Below, one piece after another: positions 13,027-28,267 of a stretch of 64,000 nt of DNA; position 1 is the stretch's first letter, and the number at the start of each line of letters is the position of its first letter. The stretch is from Podarcis muralis (lineage: Eukaryota): contig NC_135662.1 in assembly GCF_964188315.1 (NCBI RefSeq), forward strand, positions 51,460,001-51,524,000. The letters are read 5' to 3'. The notes below the pieces were generated by a model, which was not told the DNA's origin, did no database searches, and was given only the letters and a program-made list of their open reading frames with translations. The position numbers were made by a program, and so were the translations under genes.

Positions 13027-16000
13027 TTTTACTAATCTTGATGCTACTGCAGTGTGACCAGTTTTATAGACTCTGGTTTCATGGGTGAGATAGGAAGAGT
13101 GTGGATCATGAACATGGTAGTATTATGAGCACATATATGTGTATAGAACTGGGGTAGATAAATGGGGTCTATGAGTTATTGTAAATGGGGGTTTTGTGTC
13201 TGGTGCTTTTTTAGTTTTTTAAAAAATTGAGGTGTTGGTACTCATATCTTGATAAAAGTGCTATAAGCACCAGCACAAAATCGTTGTCATCGTAGCAAAG
13301 GAAAGTGATGATGGCACCCTGTACCAGTGAGTACTATCACAGATACAAAAGCACAGGTTGCGTCCAGGATATAATCACCATGAAGGTGTTGAAAATTAGG
13401 GTAAGGGAAACTCAGGGCTGGGAGTCAAGTGTAGTCCTCCAGGCATGTCTATCTGGACCTTGGAACTCTCCCCAGGCTATGCGTTATCTCATCAGCCCAC
13501 ACCCCTCACTGGTTCTACTTTGTACACCAGTTGTCTGGCTATAATGCATTCTTTAACTCTAATCATCTCTCTTCCTTGTCTGGACAAGGATAGTGAGGAT
13601 GTATTTCTGTGCATGTGTGTAGAAACTAGCCTATTATACAATGATAAAAGTTACATTCATTCCTCTGGGCTATTTTTGCCTCTGGCCTTGCCCACCACTG
13701 GCATCTTGCTCTAAGGAGATTCCCAGAAGTGAATACAGTGGTACCTCGGATTTTTAACGTAATCTGTTCCAGAAGTTTCTGAAATGTTCGAAAACCGAAA
13801 ACTCAATAGCCAACAGCTAGGCCTCAGGATCTTGCACTCAGCGGAAGCTGCGTGGCACATTCAACTTCTGAGGTGTGTTCAAAAACTGAAGCATTTACTT
13901 CTGGGTATACGACATTCAAAAACTGAAATGTTCATCAACGGAGACATTCAAAACCTGAGGTACCACTGTATGGTCCTCTGTCTAAAAAAAGGGTGCCATT
14001 GACTCATATATGAGTTCTGTCAGGTTTTAATTAGGATAATACAGACCATGTTCTGGGCAACAAATCCATGGAACCAAGAAGACATAATATGAAATGAAGA
14101 AAGGATTGTTTTTCTTACCTAATATTATTAGTAGGCAAGCTACAACAGCAACTAAAGCTTGTACACTGATGCCCATTGAGAAGAGCATTGCTCCATATCT
14201 GCATGACTGGAGACTAGGTTCGTGGTCACAATCGCACACAGTGACGGTCAAAGTGTTTGTGCCGGTGAGGGGTGGACTTCCGTTGTCAGCAATTAGGATT
14301 GGTAAGGTAAAAATAAACTGTTCTCGACGATGAAATCCCCCTCGTGTGGTGATAATTCTAGCTGTATTATCTTTAAAAAATAATAACAAAAAAGATTATT
14401 TTGTTTCATGACATTGCTTATGGGTTTCCAAGTCCAACAATTCACGTTCAGTTAGAATATCTTATTTATGAGAAACACTGTGCCATATTTTGTGCAGATA
14501 AAGAGGTGTGGGGGAAGAAAGTTGGAAATCATGATGCTAAGGGGACAACTTAGTCCCACTCAGATCAGTGGAGCTTGCCTCCTCATAAGTGTGTTTAGGA
14601 TTATGCTGCACATTGGCTAAAATCTGAATAGTTCAGATGCACCGCTATCATCATCATCCCTACATAATCTCAGCAACCCTTGCAGTACTAACTCAATAAG
14701 GTAGACTCGTATTATGTGCACCTGGGTGGTGTGAGGCTGAGAGGCAGTGGTTAGTCTAAGGCCACATATTTTGTGGGCCAGGCAGCATCTGAACCAAGCA
14801 ATTTCTTATTCAGAATACAGTGAACTTTCCAAAAGTTAGCTGTATTGATTTATTCACCTAGCCAGAACATTCAAATAATTAGCAAAGTCAATATGAGCAA
14901 TGTATACTTTAGTTGAATTTGAAATAGCTCTTCTTCTAAGTCTCAGAAGGCTGCCTTTAAGTGGTCTCCTTTCCTGCAATTTCATCAGCTGTTGAACTTA
15001 GGTTTTCCCCTCAGATTAGTTTCGATTGGTGTCCCCCCTTTACGATTCTTTCTCAGCCTAAGGGATCAATACAAATGCTGCATAACATCGCAGCACAGAA
15101 AAGTCATTCATATGATGTCATCTGTCTATCGATGAAAACAGTGTAATGGGGGAACAAGAAACAAAGTTAAATAATTGTGAACTGTGCCTTTGTCTTTAAC
15201 TGTGTTTTAGCAGAACTAAATACAATGCAGAAGCTTTTATTAATATTAAATCTTCACTTCATTTTAAAAACCTGCTCTCTCCCTTGCACGCTCTTCCCTT
15301 TTCTAATACTACCAGTGTTTGGCAGTTTAAGAGATAATGGGGAAGTTATTACTCCTACAATCTGCCATATTTAGAAAGCAATTATTAAGAGATAAAATTG
15401 GCTTTTGAGATTTTGTTCTGAGGGTTTTTTATTATTTCAGAGCACTATATCTGCAGATCTGCGAAAGAGCTGCTGGAATAAGAATCTGCCAGCGGTGCTC
15501 TACATAAGAGGGAAAGAATTTAGTATCCTACTACCTAATCCAGCTTCCTGTTTTCAGCAGTAGCCAGTCCATATTTATCAGGAACAATCAAGAAGAGCAT
15601 GAAGGCACTAGGCACTAGGCCACCCTCAGTGATTTACTGTCCCTGAACTTGGAAGTTCTACTTAAATGTCATCTACATCAGCCTCCCCAACCATGTGCCC
15701 TCCAGGGTGGAGGAAGGGGGTGTGGTAGGGGCTGACCACCCCGGTTGTCACCACTGAGGGGGGTGACAAAATGCCAGGCAGCACTCACTGCGGGGCCTGC
15801 AGTGTGCCTGAGCCACACATCTCTCCTGTGAGTGGCTTGGGCGCCCACAGGCTCCGCGCTGCCCCAAACGGTCTGCCCACCACCTCCTCCTCAGCTGTTG
15901 GGTGAGGAGGAAGGTAGACACCTTGGAGGCCCCATGGAGTGCCCTGCTCCCACTTGCCCTGGGTATAGGGTATGCACGCCTCCCTAGGCATTTGCTCCCC

Positions 16001-19000
16001 TGCTGATTATAATCCCCATCATTTCTGACCAGTGGCCATGCTGGCTGGGCCTGATGGAAATTGGAGTCCAAAACGTGGAGGGCACTGGGTTGGGAAAGGC
16101 TGAACTTTATAGAACAGGAGCTCTCCACTCTGCAACAGTTTGTTCTAGAGCCCACTTGTCCTGGCTAACAGCTACTGTTCACCCTATCCTTAATTTTATC
16201 TAACATTTTGCAACGTTGTCAAAGCTAGTAGTCATAATGCACCATTTCACCATTGATTCTGCACATTTTGTTATATATTGTATGAAGTGGTGCTTCCTTT
16301 TGAATCAATTTTATTGGTTGACTCCTAGTACTGTGAGATCACCTCATGAGAAGAGAAGACTCCCTGGAAAAGACCCTGATGTTGGGAAAGATGGAGGGCA
16401 CAAGGAGAAGGGGACGACAGAGGACGAGATGGTTGGCCAGTGTTCTCGAAGCTACTAACATGAATTTGACCAAACTGTGGGAGGCAGTGGAAATCAGGAG
16501 TGCCTGGAGTGCTCTGGTCCATGGGGTCACGAAGAGTCGGACACGACTAAATGACTAAACAACAAACAACTATAAGATGAGGAACATCTCCTCTTTCTCC
16601 TCATGCTATCCTTACTTTCTATAAACAACCCTACCATTCCCACCAACCCCACCAGAACCAAGCTAAAGATGTTGCTACTGAACTGTGTGCAGTCTCCCAG
16701 TGCCCTGGACTATTGGCATAGAAGGCTGCAATCTGCCTTGCTACTTCTCTATAGGCTTTCTAAGTCAGAATGCAGTTTCTTTTGCTGCAGAGAAGGACCC
16801 TTGAGGAGAAACCTCATGAAATTCAGCATCACCTTAGTCCTTAGTCATCTCCCCCACCCCCTCTAAATCAGAAGTCAACAATTCCTAACAATCTGTTACA
16901 ACTGCCCAGATAGTTGCTTATTTGGGTAAGTGCTTAATTGGCTTTTTTTTTTACACCAAGAATAGTGACTCTGGTAGGACTTATAATTTTTATATGACTC
17001 TGGCTATAGTCCCTTACCTCCGTGAGATTACACAGACTTAGGTGACTACAGCTGGCAAGAATTGTTATTAGGGACAAAATATTCTGTCCCTGGGTGGGGG
17101 CAAATATACCCACCCTTGATAGGAGACTTGCAGATGGTAAGATCAAGCAGGGTGTGGAAGACTTAAGGTAATGGTGTGGAGAAGCAGGCCAAGAGAAGTT
17201 TTTCTAACAGTAGAACTCAGGGCCACCCATTGAAGCTGAATGTTGGAAGATTCAAGACAGACAAAAGAAAGTTGCATAGTGAAACCATTGCATTAGCTCC
17301 TCCAAGAGGTAGTGATAGCCACCAACTTTAAAAGAACTGTAGAAAAATTCATAGAGTTGGAGGCCATCAATGGTTACCGGCCATGTTGGCTGTGTTCTGT
17401 CTCCACTGTTTGAGGCAATATGCCTCTGAGTATCAGTTCCTAGGAATCACAACTGAGAAGAATACTGTTGTACTCAGGTCTTGCTTGCAGGCTTCCTATA
17501 AGCATATGGTTGCCTCCTGTGAACAGAATGTTTGACTGGATTTGCCTTTGCTCTGATCCAGCAGAACTCTTATAATGGTCTCAAGCTACACAGTAAGAAA
17601 AAGAGGAGACTGAATATGATAGTAGAAATGCTTGTGGGGATCTATGTCCCATTCAGCAAAAAGCAGCACTATATTTTATCATTAAGATATGGAAAAGAGG
17701 TGTAATTAATTTGTCAGAAGATAAATGATAGATATGCCATAAATACAAACCCAATTTCTTCCACATTTGGTGGAGGAATTCAGGAACTGAAAAATCTTGG
17801 AAGCAATAACTTATCAACTTCCTGCACCTTAAATAGAATATTTTATTTGATCTATGAGTTATTTTATTTGCATTCTTATAATTAGATAAAAGCCAAGCAT
17901 ACCAGATTAATTTTTGCTTATTAGCTGTAGCTCAATTATAAATAGCTAAATTGGGGAGGGGATGACATCATGAGATCACTGCCTAATAAAGGTTTCAGAA
18001 ACAGCAGACATAGCGGAATTCTTAAAGCAATGCTTTCCTGGCCTGATGACAAGTATTTAAGATTTGTGTCTTGTGGAATGTGTGCCTGACTGTTGAGTAT
18101 GCTGTCTTCAGTATTGCACTTTACAACAGCTCAGTAAAAACACATTTTAAAAAAGGAAATGGCTCCAACACTCTATAGTTATTCTGCTCAACACATGAAA
18201 TAACCAATGATCACAAACATCCTTATTCATTTTAATATATATATATATGTGAGTGGTGTTGTTTTTAGTGTGTTTATACACCATACTTCTAGTGTAAATA
18301 CATCTCTCAGGACAGTTTGCAACATATAAAAATTATAATTTCATTAAAAACCTCAAAGAGACAGCATCATCAGTTGTTGTTTTTTTAAAAAAAATCATAA
18401 AAGTGTTGCCTATTTCAAAAATTAAAAGACTGCTAGAATAAAACTTTCTTTGATGCCTTGCAAAAAGCAGCATGTGTGGGGTGGGACAGTATTTAACTAC
18501 ACTTCATTGGTTTTTCATATTATGGGGCCAGTCTGGAGAAGGCTGTATCCTCACCGACTATGCCTCTACCAGAGGAGACACTTCTTCTAATCAAAGGAAA
18601 TGGGCAGGATAATAAGGGATGCGATGCTCCCTAAATTGTTTTGGGCTAAGCTGTTTAGGACTTTAACGGTAAACACCATCTCTACGAATTGTGCCTGTAA
18701 GCAAACTGGTACATAGTACAGATGTATTGGTGCAAAGTGACCCTATTTGCTAGTATTCACCAACAGCTACAGAGGTAATACCATGTGGAGTGCATTACAC
18801 AGACCAGGTTTAATTTCCTTAGGTATGTGCACTGCTGGTACAGCAGCCTCAGCTGACCAAAGGGACAGCAAAGCACAGACACCACTTGATTATCCAGGTG
18901 TAAAACCAAAACCAGGATGACTGAAAGGGACTGTTCCTGACAACTTTGACATGATTAACTGTGAGAGTATGCTGCAGATTCGTTTTAGATGAAGACACCA

Positions 19001-22000
19001 GCCCAGGTTCTAAACACTGGGATATAATTATGTATGTGGTATGTTTTTATTCATTGGATAATTATCCAGCCATATCAGCAAGAAATTTACAGACAGCAAG
19101 TTAATCTCATTAATATTCCTGTGAGGTAATAAAAGAGAATGACATCATTGATGTTCATAGCTGAGCTCTGAGTTGAGCCTGGCATTCTAAATCCTGAAAA
19201 TTAAGCCGTTGTGTGGCCCACAGTGGTTCTCAGCTATACACCACAATTTGTACTATTTACCGGATGAACAATAGACTTGCTCAGATGTTAGCTTTCAAGA
19301 GTTCTCAGAACATATGGAGAGAGGACCACATGCACTGCCCCCACCCCCCAGTGTCTACATGTGAAAAAAATCTCCACCCTCGATTGTAGAAGAAGAGAAA
19401 AGTTTGGATTTGATATCCCACTTTATCACTACCCGAAGGAGTCTCAAAGCGCCTAACAATCTCCTTTCCCTTCCTCCCCCACAACAAACACTCTGTGAGG
19501 TGAGTGGGGCTGAGAGACTTCAAAGAAGTGTGACTAGCCCAAGGTCACCCAGCAGCTGCATGTGGAGGAGTGGAGACACAAACCCAGTTCACCAGATTAC
19601 AAGTCTACTGCTCTTAACCACTACACCACACTGGCTCTTACTATTGCAACTGAGTGGGAAGGTCAGCAGGGAGAAACTTTGCACATTCAGCTGAACGTGT
19701 TTAGAATTTTCTGTGTGAACAGGAACCACAATTGCTCAGGGTTTCCAGCTGCATAAAGCCTTCTAAGGGCTTTCTAAGTTCATTCAAATGAACACATGAA
19801 AATTCCATCTTTAGATTCAAGATCTAAGGCTGCAGTCAGCACAAACAGGGTATGCACAACTAGTTCCTCCCTCCACAATTTCTGAGAACACATGAAGGTG
19901 AATGTCTGAACAGGTCGAGTGAAAGTTTCATAATTAAAGTGGCAAATTGAGCATTAATTCTTTGCAGAAATATTTCAAGGGCTGTGCACACAATACCTAC
20001 TTTGATTATCTTTGACTGCAAAACCAGAGCTGTTTGTGGCCTCCTCATTCAAATAGTAGAAGAAATGATGGGCCTCCACAGAATTGTCTTTGTCCACTGC
20101 ACTGATGGTCTGAATAACCTAAAAGCAAACAATGGCAAGCAATATGCTTAGCACCAAATATTATTGGCTGCCTTTGAAAGCAATGCAACAAAATTGCGTG
20201 CAAGACATTCCATTCAATTAGTAAGGTTGAAATCCCCCTGCCTTGTCTCTGAAGGGCAGGAAATGTATTAGCTGCAGCAGCAAATACACATCACTTAACA
20301 CAAGCCTGTTGAGCTTGTTGATTTTCTAATGTCCTACAATTATGCCACTTGATTTTGTATTGATTGGGAGGAGATAAGCACTAAAGTCGTGGGCTAATGC
20401 AAATGGCTTCTGGAATTGAAAATGCAAAGGTTAAATAAAGTTTCCATAAGGGGGGGGGGGAAAGAATAATGTATAAAGTATTCTGCCCTTCCTTTGTTCT
20501 CCAAGGTGAAAAGTATATCATTCTATATTTGAACACATCCTTCAATACAAAAACCTATTTCCTTCCAGCCCACAAACATCATAGGCATCACTCAAGTGAT
20601 GTATTATAGTTGCCGTGACCGCAAGATTGTGACAAGTTCATGTGCTGAATTGTTGATTCTTTGAGATAGTAACAGATTGATTATGGGAACACTTGGTTGT
20701 GTTTTCAAAGAAACAAAATAGCCTAAATTTCCAAACCTATTGAACCAGATTGTCATTTGCAGGAAAACAGAGTCAAAATTAGCGTCTTTGCATTCAGAAA
20801 TCATTGATTCCATCACCTCAAATAAACAAGCCATGTTGCCGTTGTTATAATGAACAGTTGCTCTGCTTGCTAAGAGTAAATATTTGTTACCATTATCGGT
20901 TGATACCATTGGGCAAATCGTACATTATCAGTGACAACATTTTTTATCTTGCTATTTCAGCTCCACATTATCTTGCCATTTCAATGCACTACCAGTTCAT
21001 TTCTTTCATTAAGAGGGTAAGTCTTCTAAAATGCTGTTTAATGGCTAATTGGGGCTTAAAAACCCAGCCTTGCCAAGTACAGGGTCAGAGAAGCCAACAG
21101 ACAGCCACAGAAATTACTTTGTGATTATGGCACAACCATAGTTCAATGCAATGATGGGCTAATAGAGTTTTTTAAAGAAATGATTTTTAAATGTTTATTT
21201 TCATTGATAACAGCCTGATTCTATCATCTGCTGCTTTAGTTCTTAGGATGAGATGCAAGCTTCTGCATCAACCTGACATAAAAACAAACTGTTTCACGTT
21301 ACACCTATGACACCCTAAGTTACTGGTCTAATCATAACAGGATTGCAACAGCAGGTCCTCTAACTCTAGCTACTACAAGTTGTCAGCTGTCTCTTCAAGC
21401 AGTAGCAGCAGCTCCTTGTAATGACATAACCTTACATTAGATACAACTCCATGGTGGCAGAATACTCATGGACAGATTGAGTAGGCAAACTCCCCTTGCT
21501 CCCTCTTCCCCTTCAGAAACAATAGTGGGTGTGGTTTAAGAATGGACCATCTGTCAGTGTCATCCACCCCACCCAGTTTCTCATTTTTCAAGGCTCAAGT
21601 TAAGTGTTCTGCATCAGTTTGCTTTAAAAAAAATCCTCTTGAAAATTCACCAGCAGTTTAATGCAATTTTTTGCTGTGCAGTTCTGTAAGCAATTTTGCC
21701 GACAAATACATTTTTACAAGCAATTTCCTCTAACATGCATGGTATTTTCTGTAATATATGGGGTTTTGTGAATAATTTCCCCTGAATATTTGCATTTTTG
21801 TACACATTTATTTGGTTAGAGAATTGTCTCACAAGATTCAGAGTATAAATTTAAAACAATTAATGATCTCCCACATCGTTTCTACTTTGGTCCGAAACTA
21901 CCTGATAGACAGCAGTTCACTAGTTAAACCATCATCTCCTTTAAAAAGAAAAAGAAAAGAGTGCACTAATTGTTTCTGGATCAGGGTCTAATATGACTTC

Positions 22001-25000
22001 ATGCTTTATGTTAAAACAAAGGTAACATAGTTGGATATTACTTTGGAAAGCTTGCATGGGTTGGTTTATTGATTGTGCTGAAATCTAATTGCCAAGAATT
22101 GTGTCATATCAAGGCTCATTAATTTGAAAACTGTAGCAATCTACAAGTCAGTGGGGAAGACTACTAACTGGGGAACTTGCCTGGTCATTGTTTAAAACAG
22201 AAATTGGTTTGAGTAAAAATCCAGGCTTTAGAGAAGGGTCAGCCCTAGCATTAGACATAGTGAAGCAACTGCTTCAGGCAGCTGCATTGGATATCATGAT
22301 TATATTTGTACTGCCATAGAGGGTGGAGAACTTGACTGGCCTTGGGTATTCTGCATCTTGACTTGGGGATGAGGACTTTAATGCTCAACCTAAGGCAGCA
22401 GAAAAGTGCCTTGGGTCAGCCTTTGAGAGGAAGCAGCTCTACCTCCTAAAAACCTTGAAAGCAAACTGAATCTTGACAGCTTGAAGTCTGCCTGATACAA
22501 CCAGAAGGCCTTGAAATTATTGTGGCAGGGGATGGAGGAAATGGTCAACTACAGTTTCTTTCAGTTTCATATTTTTCCAGACTTGGGATCAGATTGCCAC
22601 ATTTATGCAGCCAGGCATAATGTATTTCTTTTTTAAAAGGAGTCTTCATAAAAAAAATTGCCACCATTTTAGTGTGCATTTCTAATATGCACATTTTATC
22701 ATGCAGTATATATTTTCCAGAAATATATGCTGTTTTGAGCACGGTATATATGTATGTCTGCGCATATTTCCTGGTTGGAAAAGATCATCACAAAATTCAA
22801 AGAACTGCACATTTCAAAGTTGTACTTTGGTTCACAAATGCAAATAAGGTATGTCTGTGTTAAAATGCAAACTCAACTGAATCTCTTTCCCATCACAATT
22901 TGTAGCTAATCTGGCCTTCATTTCAGATGAGTAATCCAATTTCTTCCTCATTCCATCCTTAACACTACTAGCCTTCTCTACCAGTTGGAAGGGAAGGAGA
23001 AAAGAGTATATAAACCTGGTGGGTATTGAGAAAAAAATCATTCTCCAGCCTTGTACATACATTTTTCAGTGGGTGATCCTCTCACTTCCCCACCTTTCAT
23101 TTCCCACTTTCTTTCTCAGCACCGGAGCCAAAGGTAAAGATAAAATCAGTAGCTACCACACAAAATGAATTTCCAAACTGGGAAGAGAAGCTGTGCACTA
23201 CTGCAACAGGAACTTGAACCCTTCTTAGGCATTATGTCATCTCATTGGAAGGCAAAAAATGCAGGGGAGGTTTCTGTGGGCAAGTGTGGTCCATGTGGCC
23301 CTTGTCTTCATCCTTGCATGGTCAAGCTTAATAGCTGTAGAGGGCTTTGACTTCTTATTCCTTCTGTCTCTCCCAGGGTCTGTTTTGCTGATTTGTCAGC
23401 GGCTGATTTTCACTGAAAAAAGCCCTGTTCATCTGAGCTGTCTCCTTTTCATTAGTATTACATGGGAGCTTCAAACACACTTCATTTTTCTTTTCAAGGA
23501 TGGTTAGTGATGTTCAAGGATTTCATTTGACTTGAAGATTTTTACTTGATTCACATCTCAGGCTCAAACTGCCGTTTTCTTGCACTTCAAATTTTGCATT
23601 ATACTTCACAGCTCAAAGAACATACCAAAATGTGTACAGAATATATACTTTAGGTTAAAACACAAACAAAATGCACACAGAAACTGATATACTCTGAAAC
23701 AATACATTCATGGTTTGTTTTTGTATTTTAATGCAGATGGATGCAAAAATGGAATGGGACAGAAATATTAACACATGTGAAACTGACACAAATCAGAAAG
23801 AGAATGATCTATCCATCTCTTTTAATCACTCCCACATAAGAACTTCTTTAAATTCAACATGGATGCCAATATATTGTCACAAACAACTATCAGATGCCAT
23901 CCTGTGGCCCCGAGGTTCCACCAATCAGATTATTGTAGCATGTCCCTCAGACCTTGTGGGGGGCTGGACTATATGTTGCCATGATTATGGCCTGCATTTT
24001 TGGCAAAAAACCTTATTGGGACCAACCCCCACATTGCCCAAATGTTATTTTTTTGGGGGGGGGGGCGCCTCATACACCCATGCTGCTTCCTTTGCATTTT
24101 TCGTGTTGACAGTTATTATTTCTCTCGTAAGGTGGGGGTGGGTGGGCTGAGGTAAGCATGCCATTCCTGTCAGCCCTGGAGAGCATGTGTGCATGCGTGG
24201 GTGAAGAGAAAAGCCATTGGCCATGCTAAGTCAGGCTGGTGCCGCTTAAGCTAAAATGTTCTTTTCCCCATGTGAGGGAAGATGAGGCGGCGGCTATTTA
24301 CCTTTCCATGGCTTGCACTGTGTAGATAATGAGCGGCCTCCTCAGCAGAGTGCATAATTGTTTTGGAGTGCAGCCGCCCAGGCACTCACTGCTTCCTCCA
24401 GTGGGGAGCACTGCCGCTACAGACACGGGCAGGCGTCACTCCCGAGGCACCTCCGAGCCCCTGACAGCACAACTACCCTTTCTGAGGTCAGTCACTGGCA
24501 GCTCCATGGTGGAAATCCGAACTGTGGCTCCTTTCCCCTCTTCCCCACCCTCCAGCCCAGAAGAAAAGATTGCTGCGCACACGCAATAGACAGAGAAGGG
24601 ACTTGTCTTGAGCAGCCGCCCGTCTCACTTTTGACCCCCGAGCCTGGCTGAGTCACAAAAACCATCATGCATGCACACTATGCTGGCTGCCTGGATCTAG
24701 AAGGCAATTGGGCTGATCTGACCCGCGGGGCTTAGTTTGCCAACCCATGCTTTAGATGAATACAGTTCCCACACCCTTTGGGGAACCTGTTAAGCAGGCT
24801 TCCTCAAACTTGTCCCTCCAGGTGTTTTGAGACTACAGTTCCCATCATTCCTAACCACTGGTCCTGCTAGCTAGGGATCATGGGAGTTGTAGGCCAAAAA
24901 CATCTGGAAGGCTGAGTTTGAGGAAGCCTGCTGCTAAGAGTTCTCAGAACTGGACAAGTCTTCTGTGTGAATCTCTGTAGGGTCCCTTCCTCACTAAACC

Positions 25001-28000
25001 TAAATGCACAGCCACTGGGGGCATGGCCAGAAGTTACATTCACACTGAGGGCAGGGTGGGTGAGGAAGCTTGGCCCAAAGTCATAGGACTCCATTTGCCC
25101 CTCACATATTCAAATGAGCACCCTCCTTAAATGGCTTGCTGTCTTCTGGCAAATCCTATCAAGTCTTAGTGAAGCCAGTTGCAATGTGTAGATCTTCCAA
25201 TAGCCAAAGATGCAACATCCACACACAAGAGAGTGGTATCAGCAGGTCTGGGGGAAATTCCAAATCTTGCAGAAAAGCAACAGCAATAGCGATCTTTAGA
25301 AAAACACTAAGGTGTGTAGGAGGGGGAATCCCCAAAAAGGGAAGAACAGAGGAATGGCAAAAATGGTTGTGACATCCCCTACAGTGACCAGACTGGTTAC
25401 ACTCCCCTAAATCTATCCCTGCTCTGAATAATAGCACTTTAGTCTGCAGCATTTTGTTTTATGTTCCACTTGTTCATATGGACCCTTGCTTGTTTTGTAA
25501 AATATTATCTTCATTCTCATCTTCCTACATAAAAACAGGTAGGAATTTCACAATTAGGGATCAAATTTGCCATGGTCTAGAAGTGCACGTAAATAAAACA
25601 ACTGGTCTCTGCTGACATCTTCCAATACTTTTCACTTGTTGTTTCTTTTTTTCTTGATCCACTACATATAGATTATCAATATTGTTTTAATTTATACAGA
25701 ATGCCTCCCTAGTTTTATATTTTTTAAAAATGGTTGAATTATATTCAAGTTGTTATTTTTCCTGGCATTTGCGGCATTATCTCTCTTTTATAGAGAACTA
25801 ATGTCAAGTAAGTAGCTTTCACTTTGACTGTAATTGCTGACTATTTTATTTTATGCTAAGTGCTGGGTAAATATGTATTGCCTTGCTATCTCTGTTTCAA
25901 AGTGCAAAATACACATTCATCCACTTTACGAGCTAATAAGTAAATGGTCAAGTAAATTGCTGCATCAAAGTCAATTCGCAGATGATACGCAAATTGCAGG
26001 TATTTGTGCCAGAATAAATATGTATTAGAGAGGACAGTATTATTTCAGAAAGATACAAGTAAACATAGTATCTCACCCTCAGCAAAAAATATTATTCTTC
26101 CTTCATGCAAAGCAACTGTAATGTCCACAAGATAGCAGGGATACACTACTATTATTGCTATTATTTTCTTTTGTTGGTTTTTAAAAGAATCATTGAGTAG
26201 CCACTCATTGTAATGATTCTTCTGTACTACTTCTAAAGGGTTTTTTTTTAAAAGCTTTGTGTACTAATATGCACCACCCTGATATTTTTTGAGAGGGTAA
26301 TATATAAATGCTTTTATAAATAAAAAATAAAAAAAACCATTTTTATGGATTTCATGTTCTCCAAGGGTGTGTGAACACTGCATACTGTCTTCAAGCTGGG
26401 TTTTTTAAAAATACAATACTGTACATAAAAGTTCAATATCTGAAATAGCATTAACAATGAGTAAAATACAGCAGCAGATAAACCATTATTAGATGCAACA
26501 ACTACAAAATCATCCCAATGCAAAGTGAATTTTTAAAAAAGTCTTTGCAAAAACCATAAAAGGCAATGGAGAGAGTGGAGGGTACTCTGGCAAAACAGGG
26601 CCACCACGAAGAAGGCTTGATCCATGTTACTTACGAACTGAATCATTTTCACTAGTAAACTTGCAACATATGGTGATAAACAAGTTCGGTCAGGTACATA
26701 TGGATGTAAGCAGTTCTTCCAATAATGACCGCTCTCCACATCAAACGGAGGACGCCTTTTGTGTGCCCGCGCGCAGTACCCCCGATCCTAGGTGACTCCT
26801 GGCAGAGCACTCCTGGACCACCACCCAAGTTGTGAACCTTAAGGCTCCCACCAAACCTCAGTTCAAATAACCAATCACGACTTGGGAGGTGGAGCCAGGG
26901 GAGCGGACCAAGTAAGGGTAGGGTCCGCTCTTTAAGCATAAAAGAGGGTGGAGCCTACCTGGGAGCTCTCAGTTGGCTCCAGAGCTTCACCTGCCCTATC
27001 CTCCCTTCATTTAGACCTTTTATTGCAGGTTGGCTTCTTCTTTACAGGTATGTGGGTGCTGCTGCAGTCTTACAATGGTTGCTGTTAAAGGACCAGGAAG
27101 AATTTCCCCTGCATTGGCACGTTTCGCCTTCCCCGTAGCAAAATGTCACAACTTTGGCGGTTTTAGGCCTTGGTCGGAATCCTTTAGTCTATCTTCCCTA
27201 AACGGGGTGGGGTGTGTGAAGTGGTGAAACATGCCCCCCCTGCGGCGGCGATCCCAGGGTTCCCCATTAAAGGGGTTGTGTTGAGGGGAATCACTGGCCA
27301 TACACTGAAAGGTTGTCAGTGCACTCCCCTGTGTTGCGGTGAAATGGGGGGTGGGCTCACTGCTTAAACATATGTCTTCCAAAGCCAGCCCAATCCCCAG
27401 ACAGATTGGTTAACCCTGATGTGCCCCAGATCCCCGGACGGGGACTGGGAGGGATAAACACCCAGTGCCAAAGCCAAGGTCTTCCCAAATCTGAAATTTT
27501 TATAAAGCTGTGGCCAATTTTAATCCCGTAACATGTTGCCACGAGTCATTATTCCACCTGGGTGTCGCATGGGGTCAGGGGGTCTCAGCCTGGGCACACA
27601 AACTGCTTACAAAACATTGGGGATTTTAAAGAGCAATAACGTAATGCTTAAATTGGCCCTGAAAATGTGACTGGTAGCAGCAGCAACAACAACAACGCAA
27701 TAGGATCAAGATGGCACAAGCAATGCAAAGTAGATGCTCCTAAAAATGTTCTTCTTTTGCACTCTAAACCAACTGAAGTTTCCAGGTGTCCCTCATGTTT
27801 CTTTTTCCACTTGAAAGCCATGGTTTGAGGACCAATGCCCCACATAATCTGTGTTCCTTTTTTATTGGCTAATCAAAACATTCACCTCAGCATTCCACTT
27901 TGCAGCTTATTTGCTGCCCATATCTTTTTTTTTTCTATTTCATTCCAGTGCAAGTAATCCAAGCCATCTGGGATCATGTTCTGAATGCCAAAATACTAGG

Positions 28001-28201
28001 CAGCCAACCTTTTTGGGTTATTGTCTGACATCCCTAAGGGCAAATGAAGGTCATTTAAGCAATGCTCACTGTACAAATCATTTGCACAATCCTAAACAAT
28101 CAGGGATCACAAACTATCAGGGATCAAAAATGAAACTTTTTTTTATTTATCCTGAACAAATGATGAAAGTGTATTACTTCTTCCAATTCTAGCAAAGTTG
28201 T

Positions 28202-28267
<66 letters not shown>

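Noticed and set aside
20604-21124. Overlapping 101-aa and 106-aa ORFs
   Set aside because: Intronic and AT-rich, with no recognisable family.
22832-23062. ORF with a polypyrimidine tract as a candidate extra exon
   Set aside because: No cadherin motif in the frames I read; the expected EC5 exon was found at 20001-20118.
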